NCBI GenBank assembly: GCA_046757245.1 | Contig: JBHHXX010000001.1 | Location: 9,369 to 73,368 of the forward strand | DNA length: 64,000 bases | Direction of reading: 5' to 3' | From: Candidatus Geothermarchaeales archaeon | Lineage (GTDB): Archaea; Thermoproteota; Nitrososphaeria; Geothermarchaeales; JAUWBL01 | Shown here: one piece after another, positions 45,748 to 54,816 of the stretch | How the letters are laid out: the number at the start of each line of letters is the position of its first letter | Position numbering within the stretch: position 1 is the first letter of the stretch | The notes under the pieces: generated by a model | What the model was told of the DNA's origin: nothing | Databases searched by the model: none | The model's input: the letters and a program-made list of their open reading frames with translations, nothing else | Program-made: the position numbers and the translations under genes

Positions 45748-46470
45748 CTAGCGCGTCTCTCGACCCACCGGACAGCTCTTTATACAGAGGCCGCAGAGCC
45801 TATCCACCCCATACACGCGATCTCGGCTCCAAAGTTGCACCAAACGCGCCCAACACCGATCTTTCCTATGTTCGGCCCCCCTCCATCGATCGTACCTGTT
45901 CCCGGTCAGGGCGTCCACTGGACACGCATTAATACAGGCTTCGCATCCCTCAATGCAGAGGGGCCCCTCAAATCTCCTCTCCGTGGGGGTCAAGGGGGAG
46001 CTGGTTATCAGGGAGGTTACCCCTATTCTCGGTCCATACCGTGGGGTTAGGAGAAGGTTGTTCCTGCCGATCTCCCCGAGGCCCGCCGCGACGGCGGCGT
46101 GTTTATGGGAGAAATCGCCTATCAGGGCCTCGGTGTCGAAGGGCACGGACGATGGTATATGAACAACGCTGTAACCCCTTCCATGGAGGAATCGAGCCGC
46201 CTTGAGGGCCGCCGAATCAAGCTCCCCGTTGACCCTTATGTAATGGAAGGACCAGATGCGGCTTCTGGCCTTCTCAACCATATCGTCTAGGAAGCTAAGT
46301 CCCAAGACGACGATCGATTCGGCGCTCTCGAGGATGTCGCTGGGCCTCTTACCCTGGGGGGCGCCCCTCAGGCTATCGACGTGACAAATGCCGATGAGCT
46401 CCACGCCGAGGGATCCTACATACTTTCTAAACTCATTCGTGAGACGCCTCTCCATGGGGTTCATCTCCAA
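45748..46470 (-). CDS. Fe-S protein with a 2x[4Fe-4S] domain (QueG / reductive-dehalogenase-related)
   Basis: CIEGCEACINACP and CGLCIKSCP ferredoxin motifs after an N-terminal domain (LGVELIGICHVDSL...) resembling the QueG-type fold. Confidence 0.55.
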   Translation of the reverse strand: MEMNPMERRLTNEFRKYVGSLGVELIGICHVDSLRGAPQGKRPSDILESAESIVVLGLSFLDDMVEKARSRIWSFHYIRVNGELDSAALKAARFLHGRGYSVVHIPSSVPFDTEALIGDFSHKHAAVAAGLGEIGRNNLLLTPRYGPRIGVTSLITSSPLTPTERRFEGPLCIEGCEACINACPVDALTGNRYDRWRGAEHRKDRCWARLVQLWSRDRVYGVDRLCGLCIKSCPVGRETR

Positions 46471-46664
46471 GAGAGAGCTTTGAGTTCCTCCAACTCGAAT
46501 TCACCGCGATTACCGGTGTCTATCCCTCATTTGACATCGTCTTTTAAATCTTTTGTAGGAATGATGCTACCACAGAAGGGTAATCGCGAACGTAAAACAG
46601 GGATACGTGGGTTTGAAGATTTAAGTGTTCAGAGTCCTAGTTTTTAGTTAAGTGAGCCGACACC

Positions 46665-46784
46665 ATGACGTTTGGGAGATTAGTCGTTGTCCTCTTAGGA
46701 TTTAGGGAAATCTTAGTGATAGTTGTAATGGTGGTTCTTTTATTCATCCTCTTACCTTACCTCCTGAAGCACCTGGGGTTCTAA
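46665..46784 (+). CDS. 39-aa hydrophobic micro-protein with a TatA-like motif (below the ORF-track cutoff)
   Basis: Read from the DNA: MTFGRLVVVLLGFREILVIVVMVVLLFILLPYLLKHLGF. The stretch G-x-x-E-ILVIVV..LLF...LP.L...LG resembles the TatA N-terminal helix and hinge. It shares a 15-nt upstream element with secE. Confidence 0.3.
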   Translation: MTFGRLVVVLLGFREILVIVVMVVLLFILLPYLLKHLGF

Positions 46785-46925
46785 GAGACAAGCCCTGTTA
46801 CCCCGATGACGCTAAACTAGAGAGGAGAATCCTAAAATCAAAGAAGAACCAAGTAAAAAGACGCAAGATTCATGAGGGACCATATATCGCGGCTTCAAAT
46901 ACCCTTCATCGTCTTTCGTGAAAGG

Positions 46926-48671
46926 TCACGGATGAGTGAAAACAAGGGAGACTTGGGATTCATTCGTCGCCTCTACCCGGGCGTAGCCCACCCTCTCCAT
47001 CTGAATTATGTTGTCCACTTTTTCATCCAAGAGACCCTCTTCGCCGAGTCCTCGACGCCACATTCCATCAGACCATAAAATCTTCACTTCTACGTGATCC
47101 TGAACTGGAACCCAATGGATGATGGGAGCCTTGGCCTCCAAAGCGGTGGAAACCGCGTAGTCGATCAGGTGTGCTCTACCCTCGTGTCTCTGAACCTCGT
47201 CAAGCCCTATGTTTGCTAAACCCAAAAGCCGGATCATACTCGAGCCTCGGAAAAATTCTACGTCCCTTTTCTCCACATAGATCTCTATAAAACCCTCATG
47301 GGGGGTGAAGGTGAACCCTCGAACCCCCATTTCCCTGTGATCTGGGTGTAGGCGAATCTCTATGCTCAAGGGCTCCGAGACGCCCTCGATCCTCATCTTG
47401 AAGGGCTCCAAAACCACAAACCTCCTGTGCGCGGAGGCGTCCACGATCTTCCGATTGTAGGCCTCAAGGTTGCTCCACTCAATGATGGCCGGTGATGGTC
47501 GAATGCCCACCTCGTGGACGACCCTTCTAATCGCCTCGGGTTGGAAGCCCCTCCTCTTTAGGGACATTAGGGTCGCGAGACGCGGGTCGTTGAGGCCTGA
47601 GTAGAGACCCTCCAGGAGGCCTTTCAGCATCCCCGATTTGCTCAAGACCCCACCGGGCACCGAGAGCCTACCATGGTGGATGGCTGTGGGAAAAACCCAG
47701 CCCATGAGGCTGAAGAGCTGTCTCTGTCTCAACTCGTTGACCTCGTGCTCAACCCCCCTTATAACGTGGGTTACGCCCATGAGGTGGTCGTCGATGGCGC
47801 AGGAGAAATTATAAAGGGGCCAGACACGGTATTCGCTTCCCGTGAGGGGGTGGGGAAACCTCACGGTATCAATTATCCTCAAGGCCGGCCAGTCCCTAAG
47901 GGCGGGATTCGGATGGTTTAAATCGGTCTTGACCCTAAACACGGCTTCTCCTTCCTCAAATCCGCCATTGAGCATCATCTCGAGGCGTCGAAGCTGTTCC
48001 GAGGCTGGGAGGTTTCTATCGGGACAAGGCTCCCCTCGTAGAAGGCGGCTCTTGAAGACGTCTGCTTCACAGGTGCAGACATAGGCCGCGTTTTTATCCA
48101 AGAGTCCTCTGGCAACTTGGTAGTAGGTTTCCAGCCTCTGGCTCTGAATGTGTTCCTCATCCCAAGAACAGCCTAACCACATCAGATCCTGCCTAATTAA
48201 TTCATAATACTGTTTAACGGGCCTCTTAATCCTAGGATCAGTGTCCTCAAACCTCAAGATGAACCTTCCATCATACATTCTCGCATAGTCATGGGATAAG
48301 ATGGCCGCCCTCGCAGAGCCCAGATGGAGGACGAAGTCCGGATTCGGCGAGAAACGCGTAACCACCCCTCCCCGCCGTGCATTGGGGAGGGGTGTCAAAA
48401 CCTTCTCCTTCACCTCTGGTTTCTCTCTGGGCAAGACTTCGGGGAAGCTCTGTAGGAGGGAAATCTGTGCTTCAGGGGTAAGTGCGTTAACCTCTTCTAC
48501 GACCTCTTCGACGAGGGAGACAATCTCACCAACTTTCTGCTTGAGCTCGGGTCTTTGGGACACAAGCTTGCCTACAACGGGCTCTTTCCGGGCCCTACCC
48601 CCGTATTTAACGGCGTTTTGCAGTGATAAGGCTTTGATGAGTCGGCGCAAAGATAGGCTGTTATTACCCAT
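46926..48671 (-). CDS. gltX: Glutamyl-tRNA synthetase (archaeal type)
   Basis: HIGH-type motif (PNPDFVLHLGSARAA) and KMSKS-type motif (VLSKSG). 581 aa with the class I GluRS/GlnRS architecture. Confidence 0.9.
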   Translation of the reverse strand: MGNNSLSLRRLIKALSLQNAVKYGGRARKEPVVGKLVSQRPELKQKVGEIVSLVEEVVEEVNALTPEAQISLLQSFPEVLPREKPEVKEKVLTPLPNARRGGVVTRFSPNPDFVLHLGSARAAILSHDYARMYDGRFILRFEDTDPRIKRPVKQYYELIRQDLMWLGCSWDEEHIQSQRLETYYQVARGLLDKNAAYVCTCEADVFKSRLLRGEPCPDRNLPASEQLRRLEMMLNGGFEEGEAVFRVKTDLNHPNPALRDWPALRIIDTVRFPHPLTGSEYRVWPLYNFSCAIDDHLMGVTHVIRGVEHEVNELRQRQLFSLMGWVFPTAIHHGRLSVPGGVLSKSGMLKGLLEGLYSGLNDPRLATLMSLKRRGFQPEAIRRVVHEVGIRPSPAIIEWSNLEAYNRKIVDASAHRRFVVLEPFKMRIEGVSEPLSIEIRLHPDHREMGVRGFTFTPHEGFIEIYVEKRDVEFFRGSSMIRLLGLANIGLDEVQRHEGRAHLIDYAVSTALEAKAPIIHWVPVQDHVEVKILWSDGMWRRGLGEEGLLDEKVDNIIQMERVGYARVEATNESQVSLVFTHP

Positions 48672-48739
48672 AACTCTTTCAGAAGATAATTCAACGCCAT
48701 GTTAAATAAATGAAGAATGGATGGATTTTCGATTCTGAC

Positions 48740-48814
48740 CTAGGTTCTTTGGAAGATAAATCATCGAGGCCTCATTCCACGCATAAACCCTGGAAGGCTG
48801 AGGTTCACCTTTCC
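48740..48814. repeat. Direct repeat copy 1 (att-like), 66/75 identical to 50512..50586
   Basis: Hand alignment without gaps gives 9 mismatches in 75 nt. The copy lies 69-143 nt upstream of the gltX start. Confidence 0.8.
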
Positions 48815-48822
48815 ACATCACC

Positions 48823-49074
48823 GTGGCCTACAACGTCCCCAAAAATCTCAAAGGCGAACCTTCAACTAAACCACACCCTCCCGAAGAACTTAAATCTTCT
48901 ATAGCGGCTCCAGACTCAGGATATGACACACTTTCAGAGGAGTGGAACGAATATTTCGTTGAAGATGGAACCAAAATAAGGATAAAAGACACCGTAGCCC
49001 GTATTTCACGGACAAATAAATATAACAAAGACGGGGATCCCATCTATCTAGTAGATCACTCTAGTATAGCATGA
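48823..49074 (+). CDS. Hypothetical protein (83 aa) inside the repeat-bounded cassette
   Basis: GTG-initiated ORF with no recognisable motif. Confidence 0.3.
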   Translation: MAYNVPKNLKGEPSTKPHPPEELKSSIAAPDSGYDTLSEEWNEYFVEDGTKIRIKDTVARISRTNKYNKDGDPIYLVDHSSIA

Positions 49075-49172
49075 GTAGATTTATGTTTTTCCGATCATCC
49101 TTTAGCGCCTAAGCTCAACGTGTTCTCGTGTGTGAACGCTCTTTTAAGGTGGTGGGGAAGGTAGATACATAG

Positions 49173-49595
49173 TTAGGCCTTGATCAGCCTGTTACAGTAT
49201 TCGTGGACCCTCTCCGCGTCCTTTAAGGCGGTCGAGGCGTCGGCTCGGTTGAAGAGGGATGAGGGCGGCCTTAGAGTCATCTCATCTCCATAGAAGGCGG
49301 GGCCCCGCTTCCTCGCTAGGTCGCTGGAGACGGCCGCCATAAACTCCACCTCGGCTGTGAACCACTCTGGGAGCTGACGGGTGTTGGCAACCTCCAAGAG
49401 GATGTCTCGAACATCGTGCTCCCGGGGATACTCTACCGCGAGGAATCTTAGTGCAGCCTTCAAGGAGAGCTCCACAGCCTCCTGGGCTCTTCGGATGGTG
49501 AGGGGATAGTCTCCTTCCTTGAAGGCTTCCCTCGCCTCCCACAGTGTTCTGGAGGCTCTCCCTATATGGTCGAGGGCCATATCTATGCTCCTCAT
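49173..49595 (-). CDS. HEPN-domain protein (toxin component of a HEPN/MNT module)
   Basis: Helical protein of 140 aa with the AEVELSLKAALR...YPREHDVRDIL pattern (the R-x-x-x-H region of HEPN). ATGA overlap with the upstream nucleotidyltransferase gene. Confidence 0.7.
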   Translation of the reverse strand: MRSIDMALDHIGRASRTLWEAREAFKEGDYPLTIRRAQEAVELSLKAALRFLAVEYPREHDVRDILLEVANTRQLPEWFTAEVEFMAAVSSDLARKRGPAFYGDEMTLRPPSSLFNRADASTALKDAERVHEYCNRLIKA

Positions 49596-50107
49596 ATCTC
49601 TACCACCTCCCCAAGCCTATAGTCTGGTTTGAGGTCCCAGTACCATCTACCGTCCGGCAGCCGAACCTTCCTCGCCTTCAGAGCCTTAAGCCTCCTCTTG
49701 AGCTCGGCGAGGTGCTGCCTCATGAAGCCGCCCCTATCATAGAGGATTACCCCATCGGTGAGGATGTCTAACAGGATCGGTGGGTGCCTTTCAACCTCCT
49801 CTGGTGTGATGGGGATGGGGCTGATCAAGGTACCCAATCCCTGCTTCCTCAACCTCCTTCGAGGCTCAGATTCTAGGAGCTCCCCCTCAATCTCTTGGAA
49901 GATCCGAAACCTATCCCCAAAGGACCCCTCGAAGCCTTCTAAAACAACCAGCAGGTCTACATCGCTGCCCTCATCAGCCTCCCCTCTAGCTACGCTCCCG
50001 AAGAGCACAGCTGAGACCAAGCCTTCGCCGAGCCTAGCCTTCAGCGACCCAACAATCAGGCTAGCATACTCTCTATATAGAAGGTTCACCACCAAAGATC
50101 CATCCAC
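49592..50107 (-). CDS. Minimal nucleotidyltransferase (MNT) domain protein (antitoxin component)
   Basis: LFGSVARGEADEGSDVDLLVV is the GSxxRG...DxD polymerase-beta-type NTase motif. Confidence 0.75.
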   Translation of the reverse strand: MDGSLVVNLLYREYASLIVGSLKARLGEGLVSAVLFGSVARGEADEGSDVDLLVVLEGFEGSFGDRFRIFQEIEGELLESEPRRRLRKQGLGTLISPIPITPEEVERHPPILLDILTDGVILYDRGGFMRQHLAELKRRLKALKARKVRLPDGRWYWDLKPDYRLGEVVEI

Positions 50108-50511
50108 TGACCATAACGAATTGTTTCAACAATGTTATTAAGGTTTAGGCGGCTTCCCCTTAAAATTCCCTTGGGATTTCGGTGGGACAGCGACGTATGC
50201 CATTATGAGCGGTTTATCATTGCGGTAAACGTTAGGATACCCGTTGAAATCGAGAATTAAGACGCAGAAGTTAAAATCGTAGACGATAAGAAACTTTGAA
50301 GCGTGTAAAGTTCGGGGACATCATGGTATCGAAGCCCTAGAGCCCCAAAATCAAACAGTTGGGGTTTTCTCCCCACTCTCCTGACGAAGCAGTCTGACTT
50401 GATTCTATCAGTTTACTAAAGATTTTTTTCGTAAAGATTTTTGAGGCGAACGTGTGAGCGAATATATGGGTGGACATGGGCAGGGAGAAGTACACGGCCA
50501 TCTTCTCGGCT

Positions 50512-50586
50512 CTAGGTTCTTTTGAAGATAAGTCATCGAGGCCTCATTCCACGTACAAAGTCTAGAAGGCGGGGGTTCACCTTTCC
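50512..50586. repeat. Direct repeat copy 2 (att-like), overlapping the last 10 nt of idsA
   Basis: See copy 1. Positions 50577-50586 are the idsA stop codon plus its last three sense codons. Confidence 0.8.
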
Positions 50587-51578
50587 CTTGAGCATATGAA
50601 TCGGGCGAGCGACTCGATGTCGCCTCTATGCTCGTTATCGGGCAACATAAGCAGGGAGTCGATCGCTCTATCCATGTATTTTCTAGCAGTCTCTCTCGCG
50701 TGATCTACTGAGCCTAAGCGAATGAGTAGATCGATCACCTCCCCCAGCCTCTCAGGCGGGGCCTCTTCGTTCCCGAAGATGGATGATATTTCCCTCCTAT
50801 CTCTCCCCGATCCCTTTTCCAAGGCGTGTATAACTATGAGGGTTTTCTTCCCCAGCCTCAAGTCGTTGCCCACGGGCTTACCCGTGACCTTGGGGTCGCC
50901 CACGATGCCGAGCACATCGTCCACGATCTGAAAGGCGACGCCTATGTTCCTCCCAAACTCGTCCAAGTGTTTGCGGTCCTTTTCACTAGCACCGCCCACG
51001 ATGCCACCTAGGACACAGGAGACCTTGAATAGAGCAGCCGTCTTCTTATAGACCATCTTCAGGTATTCAGATTCCTTGGAGATGTATTTCTCGGCGAGTA
51101 CGTCCATCGTTTGACCCTCACATATGGTCTGGGCTCCCCTCGATAGGGTCTCAACGGCTGAGACTATGATAGGGGGATCGAAGCGCCTCCTCCCCATCTC
51201 CTCCACCACGTATGAAAAGATCATGGAGAACAGAGCGTCCCCGGCAGCCAAAGCTATAGGTTCCCCCCAAACCACATGCGTCGTGGGAACCCCCCTCCTA
51301 AACTCATCTCTATCCATAATGTCATCGTGTATGAGGGTGAAGTTATGAAGCAACTCAACGGCTATAGCTACTGGTAGAGCGTCCCTCACATCGGATCCGA
51401 ACATCTGAGCCGACTTTATAGCTAAGAAGGGTCTGACGCGCTTCCCCCCAGTTAGTGGCAGGTGGAAGGCCGCGTCGTAGAGGTCTTGAGGAAACCTATT
51501 TTCCTCTTTGATTCGGCGTAGTTCTTCTCCGACGGCGTTCCTTATATCGTTCAGCTTGCGTCTAAGACTCTCATCCAT
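50577..51578 (-). CDS. idsA: Geranylgeranyl diphosphate synthase (trans-polyprenyl synthase)
   Basis: First Asp-rich motif LIHDDIMDRD and second Asp-rich motif FQIVDDVLG. Confidence 0.9.
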   Translation of the reverse strand: MDESLRRKLNDIRNAVGEELRRIKEENRFPQDLYDAAFHLPLTGGKRVRPFLAIKSAQMFGSDVRDALPVAIAVELLHNFTLIHDDIMDRDEFRRGVPTTHVVWGEPIALAAGDALFSMIFSYVVEEMGRRRFDPPIIVSAVETLSRGAQTICEGQTMDVLAEKYISKESEYLKMVYKKTAALFKVSCVLGGIVGGASEKDRKHLDEFGRNIGVAFQIVDDVLGIVGDPKVTGKPVGNDLRLGKKTLIVIHALEKGSGRDRREISSIFGNEEAPPERLGEVIDLLIRLGSVDHARETARKYMDRAIDSLLMLPDNEHRGDIESLARFICSRER

Positions 51579-52668
51579 TCGGACTCTTCTCCCACGGATT
51601 GAAGCCGAGCATCTTGAGCCATTGAAGGAGTCTACCCGTGACCACGTATTCAGCCAGCTTTAACTCATCGAGGTTCCTTGACCCCGTTAGAAACATGGCA
51701 GCCCTCAACTCATAAATCATTTTTTCGAGCTTCTCTAAAACCGCCTCAATTCCCTCCGAAGCCGAGGGCAGGAGGGGAGCCGCCATGGCGCTCAAACTCG
51801 CCCCCAGAGCCATTGACTTGGCGATGTCTAGGCCGCTTCTTAAACCACCCGAGGCTACGATCGGTAGGTCGACGCATCTTGAGGCCTCGAAGACACATAC
51901 AGCCGTGGGGATTCCCCAGTCCCTGAAGGACTCCCCAGCTTCTGCCATCATCTTTCTACCCGCGCTCAGACTCCGATAGTGCTCGATGGCGGCCCAGCTT
52001 GTCCCACCAGCGCCGGAGACGTTGATCGCTTGGACCCCCGAGTCTCTCAGCGACCTAGCAATACTCCCGGATATCCCAGCACCGGTTTCTTTGATGATGA
52101 CTGGTTTCGAGATGGCCCTGGCCACCTCCCCCAGATCCCTCAAGCAACCCTCAAAGCGGGTTTCACCCTCGAGCTGAAGCACCTCTTGGAGGGGATTTAA
52201 ATGGATGGCAAGTGCATCGGCATCGATCATCTCGACGCATCTAAAGGCCACCTCCAGTTTATCTTCACCCCTCAGCTGCTGACAGCCTATGTTGGCTGCC
52301 ACGAAGGCGGTGGGGGCATTTTCCCTCAAAACCCTGAAGGACTCCACGGCGCCCTCGTTTTTTAGGGCTATTCTTTGGCTTCCCGCTACGACGCCTATGC
52401 CCAGTCTCTCGGCGGCCTCGGCGAGCGCGGCGTTTATTTTACCTGCCTCCTCAAAGCCCCCGGTCATCGCGTCTATCAGGATGGGTGCCTTGAAGCCGTG
52501 GTCAAGAAACCTCGTGGAGGTGGAGATTTCATCGAAGTCGATTTCTGGGAGGGCTTTATGAATGAGGTGGATGTCTTCGAAACCTGTCGATATGTTTTTG
52601 GCTTGAACATCCTTTTCCAAGCAGATTTTCAGGTGTTCTAACTTTCTTCTTAAGATGTCGTCTTCCAA
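51571..52668 (-). CDS. fni: Isopentenyl-diphosphate delta-isomerase, type 2 (FMN-dependent)
   Basis: TIM-barrel IDI-2 motifs: PILIDAMTGG, VIIKETGAGIS, VSGAGGTSWAAIE, ASGGLRSGLD. Confidence 0.9.
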   Translation of the reverse strand: MEDDILRRKLEHLKICLEKDVQAKNISTGFEDIHLIHKALPEIDFDEISTSTRFLDHGFKAPILIDAMTGGFEEAGKINAALAEAAERLGIGVVAGSQRIALKNEGAVESFRVLRENAPTAFVAANIGCQQLRGEDKLEVAFRCVEMIDADALAIHLNPLQEVLQLEGETRFEGCLRDLGEVARAISKPVIIKETGAGISGSIARSLRDSGVQAINVSGAGGTSWAAIEHYRSLSAGRKMMAEAGESFRDWGIPTAVCVFEASRCVDLPIVASGGLRSGLDIAKSMALGASLSAMAAPLLPSASEGIEAVLEKLEKMIYELRAAMFLTGSRNLDELKLAEYVVTGRLLQWLKMLGFNPWEKSPNG

Positions 52669-52826
52669 CTGCTTTTCTCCGCCCTATGGATTTACTTATC
52701 GTATTGAATAGATTTTAAGGTTTTGAAACATAGAGTGTTGAAGGCTAAGGAATTAGAGAAAGACATAGAACTTTTAACCCGATTCAAAGAGAAAATAAAA
52801 ATTTAACCCTATTATAAATATAATTA

Positions 52827-53402
52827 ATGAAAAGAAAAAATATTGAAAAACGGCTCAATCTAAGCCTTCAAAAACTATTTGCCAAGTATACTGGGGATAT
52901 AGGCGAAAAAGTTATAGAGAGGTATCTAGAGTTAAAGGGATTTGAAATTTTGGATTTTTGGAGAGCTGTAGAGGTTGTAGAGACGAGTCGTAGAATCGAA
53001 CTGGGTTATTATAAACACCCAGCCTATGAAGAGTATCGAGATGAAATATATCAGAAGGTTAAGGATTTTAAAGATTTCCTAGGAGAGAAATTTAATGCTT
53101 TCAAAGACTACCTTGATGCGTGGTCAAGAGATGCCGATACGCCCTCTGGAAAATATTTTCAGCCAAGACCAGGACAGACCATAAGGGTAGGTGGTAGGTC
53201 TACAGGATTCGGTTTCGATTTTATTGGTAAAAAGGATAATCAATTTTTTATGATTGAAGTAAAAACGAACAGGGCTCGTTTGCTAGGTTATCAAAGAAAA
53301 ATGCTTATCCGAGCAAAGGATTTCGGATTTGTTCCTTTGCTCATTAGGGTTAATGTCAACATAGAAGCTCCATTTGAGAGAATACAGATTACAAAATTCT
53401 AA
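52827..53402 (+). CDS. PD-(D/E)XK nuclease-fold protein (Hjc/YraN-like core with a ~80-aa helical insertion)
   Basis: N-terminal helix GDIGEKVIERYLELKGFEI, then after an insertion GFDFIG...FFMIEVKTNRARLLGYQRKML (D...E-x-K plus a downstream Q), the arrangement seen in Hjc/VRR-NUC/YraN nucleases. Confidence 0.5.
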   Translation: MKRKNIEKRLNLSLQKLFAKYTGDIGEKVIERYLELKGFEILDFWRAVEVVETSRRIELGYYKHPAYEEYRDEIYQKVKDFKDFLGEKFNAFKDYLDAWSRDADTPSGKYFQPRPGQTIRVGGRSTGFGFDFIGKKDNQFFMIEVKTNRARLLGYQRKMLIRAKDFGFVPLLIRVNVNIEAPFERIQITKF

Positions 53403-53435
53403 TTGTGTCTAATTTAGTTTGAGGGGAAAAGATAA

Positions 53436-53669
53436 ATGGAAATATGTGAAGATGTGGACTCACGAACAGGAAAGAGAATTCTTCTTGTACGCACAAATGA
53501 TTGGGAAGCAATACGTTATTATGATTTATTCAAGATCGTTAAATGGTTGTATGATGAAGAAGATCGTCGTTACCCTAAAGGTATGGGGAGTAAAGGTTTA
53601 TTGAAAGCATTAAGTGACCTTAGAACCGAAAACCTAGACGAAGTTGCTAAAGGATATGGTGTCAAATAG
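53436..53669 (+). CDS. Hypothetical protein (77 aa) in the AT-rich island
   Basis: ATG preceded by GAGGGGAAAAG. No recognisable motif. Confidence 0.35.
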   Translation: MEICEDVDSRTGKRILLVRTNDWEAIRYYDLFKIVKWLYDEEDRRYPKGMGSKGLLKALSDLRTENLDEVAKGYGVK

Positions 53670-53819
53670 GTTAAGAAAGACCTCAATTCTTCCATCAGAT
53701 CCTCGGAAACTCCTCCAACTCTAATTCCCCCTCCAACTCACCCACCCTATCTCTCACTTTGCAGTAACATATTAAAAATAGAATGGAGAATGGATTATAA
53801 ATACATCTACAACAAAAAG

Positions 53820-54203
53820 TTAAACGCTTACCCCGTAAGCGGGAGCGAATATTTCAGGTTTATGCCTTTTGAGCCATCTATATTTTTGATTTGTGGTTGT
53901 CATCCAAAGCCTTTCCGCCTCTTGGGGTGTGATCCTTATAAATCTTCCAAGTTTAAAGGTGTCGAGAAGCATCTCGGCGCTGATCGCCCTTTTTGACTTG
54001 GGGGTTAGATACGGGAGCGACCACTTGGCGATCGCTAGGACGTGGGATACCGTGGTTTCATCCACATACCATACTGTTTCCTCCCCCACTAGTTTTTCTC
54101 TGAGTGTTAGGTTAAGGGCCTTTGCAACCCTCTCCATAGACGGTTTTTCTTTCATCTCTAAATGGAAATGGGGGCCTAAATAGTTTCTGGCATACTTTCT
54201 CAA
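53820..54203 (-). CDS. Hypothetical protein (127 aa) in the AT-rich island
   Basis: ORF only, with no recognisable motif. An overlapping antisense ORF (53893..54183) was judged to be its shadow. Confidence 0.35.
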   Translation of the reverse strand: MRKYARNYLGPHFHLEMKEKPSMERVAKALNLTLREKLVGEETVWYVDETTVSHVLAIAKWSLPYLTPKSKRAISAEMLLDTFKLGRFIRITPQEAERLWMTTTNQKYRWLKRHKPEIFAPAYGVSV

Positions 54204-54278
54204 AGCTGATGTTCACGGCGCATCCCCAAATACAAATTCATGAATCGAATAAAAATCGATTAGACAAATTAGCGGTGA

Positions 54279-54605
54279 TTAAAATGGGGAAAAATACATG
54301 ATCTGGGGATTCTCTTCACCTTTCCACGTTAAATCAAGGCGCTGACGAGAACGTTTGTATACTGCTCCTCTACGTCCCACGGTTAGCAGTATGATAGCTT
54401 TCTCGTCTTCGTCTATAATGTAAATGATTCTATATCGCCCAATTCTTAAACTGCGTCGACCCTTTAGTTCGCCGCGAAGCGGCTTTCCCAAGTAGGGTTC
54501 GTCCTCTAACCGTCTGATGGATGAGTCTATTTTCCCCTTAAGTTTGGGGCTAAATCTGCGAAAATCCCTCTCAAATCTAGATGTTGTATTAAGTCTATAT
54601 TTCAT
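54279..54605 (-). CDS. relE: RelE/ParE-family toxin
   Basis: FERDFRRFSPKLKGKIDSSIRRLEDEPYLGKPLRGELKGRRSLRIGRYRIIYIIDEDEKAIILLTVGRRGAVYK is the classic RelE pattern. 11-nt overlap with the antitoxin gene. Confidence 0.8.
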   Translation of the reverse strand: MKYRLNTTSRFERDFRRFSPKLKGKIDSSIRRLEDEPYLGKPLRGELKGRRSLRIGRYRIIYIIDEDEKAIILLTVGRRGAVYKRSRQRLDLTWKGEENPQIMYFSPF

Positions 54606-54816
54606 CAGACCCCTTCAATTCCTCGATGAATTCATCGTAGCGTCTCACTCGCCCTGCTTCAACGTCTCGCTCCGCTTCTCTGAGGGCTTGCATGGTCTTT
54701 TTATCTTCCAGAATGTCAATTGTTTCGAGCAACTCTTCCAGTAGTCTATTAGTCTTGACTAATAGTTCACGGTCCTCCCTAGTTAATAGGGCAGCTTCCT
54801 TGACCATAACGGTCAA
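54595..54816 (-). CDS. relB: RelB-type antitoxin
   Basis: ELLETIDILEDKKTMQALREAERDVEAGRVRRYDEFIEEL matches the archaeal RelB pattern. Located upstream of, and overlapping, relE. Confidence 0.7.
   Translation of the reverse strand: MTVMVKEAALLTREDRELLVKTNRLLEELLETIDILEDKKTMQALREAERDVEAGRVRRYDEFIEELKGSDEI

Larger units (their letters stand above)
48740..50586. mobile_element. Putative remnant of an integrated element or inserted TA cassette, bounded by 75-nt direct repeats
   Basis: The direct repeats bracket one orphan ORF, a HEPN/MNT pair and ~400 nt with no ORF of 60 aa or more. The right repeat overlaps the idsA stop. No integrase gene is visible. Confidence 0.4.

Noticed and set aside
50328-50501. 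57-aa minus-strand ORF (MAVYFSLPMSTHIFAHTFASKIF...) in the ORF-poor part of the repeat-bounded cassette
   Set aside because: It has no SD, no motif and a low-complexity composition. It is noted only as possible debris of a decayed element gene.
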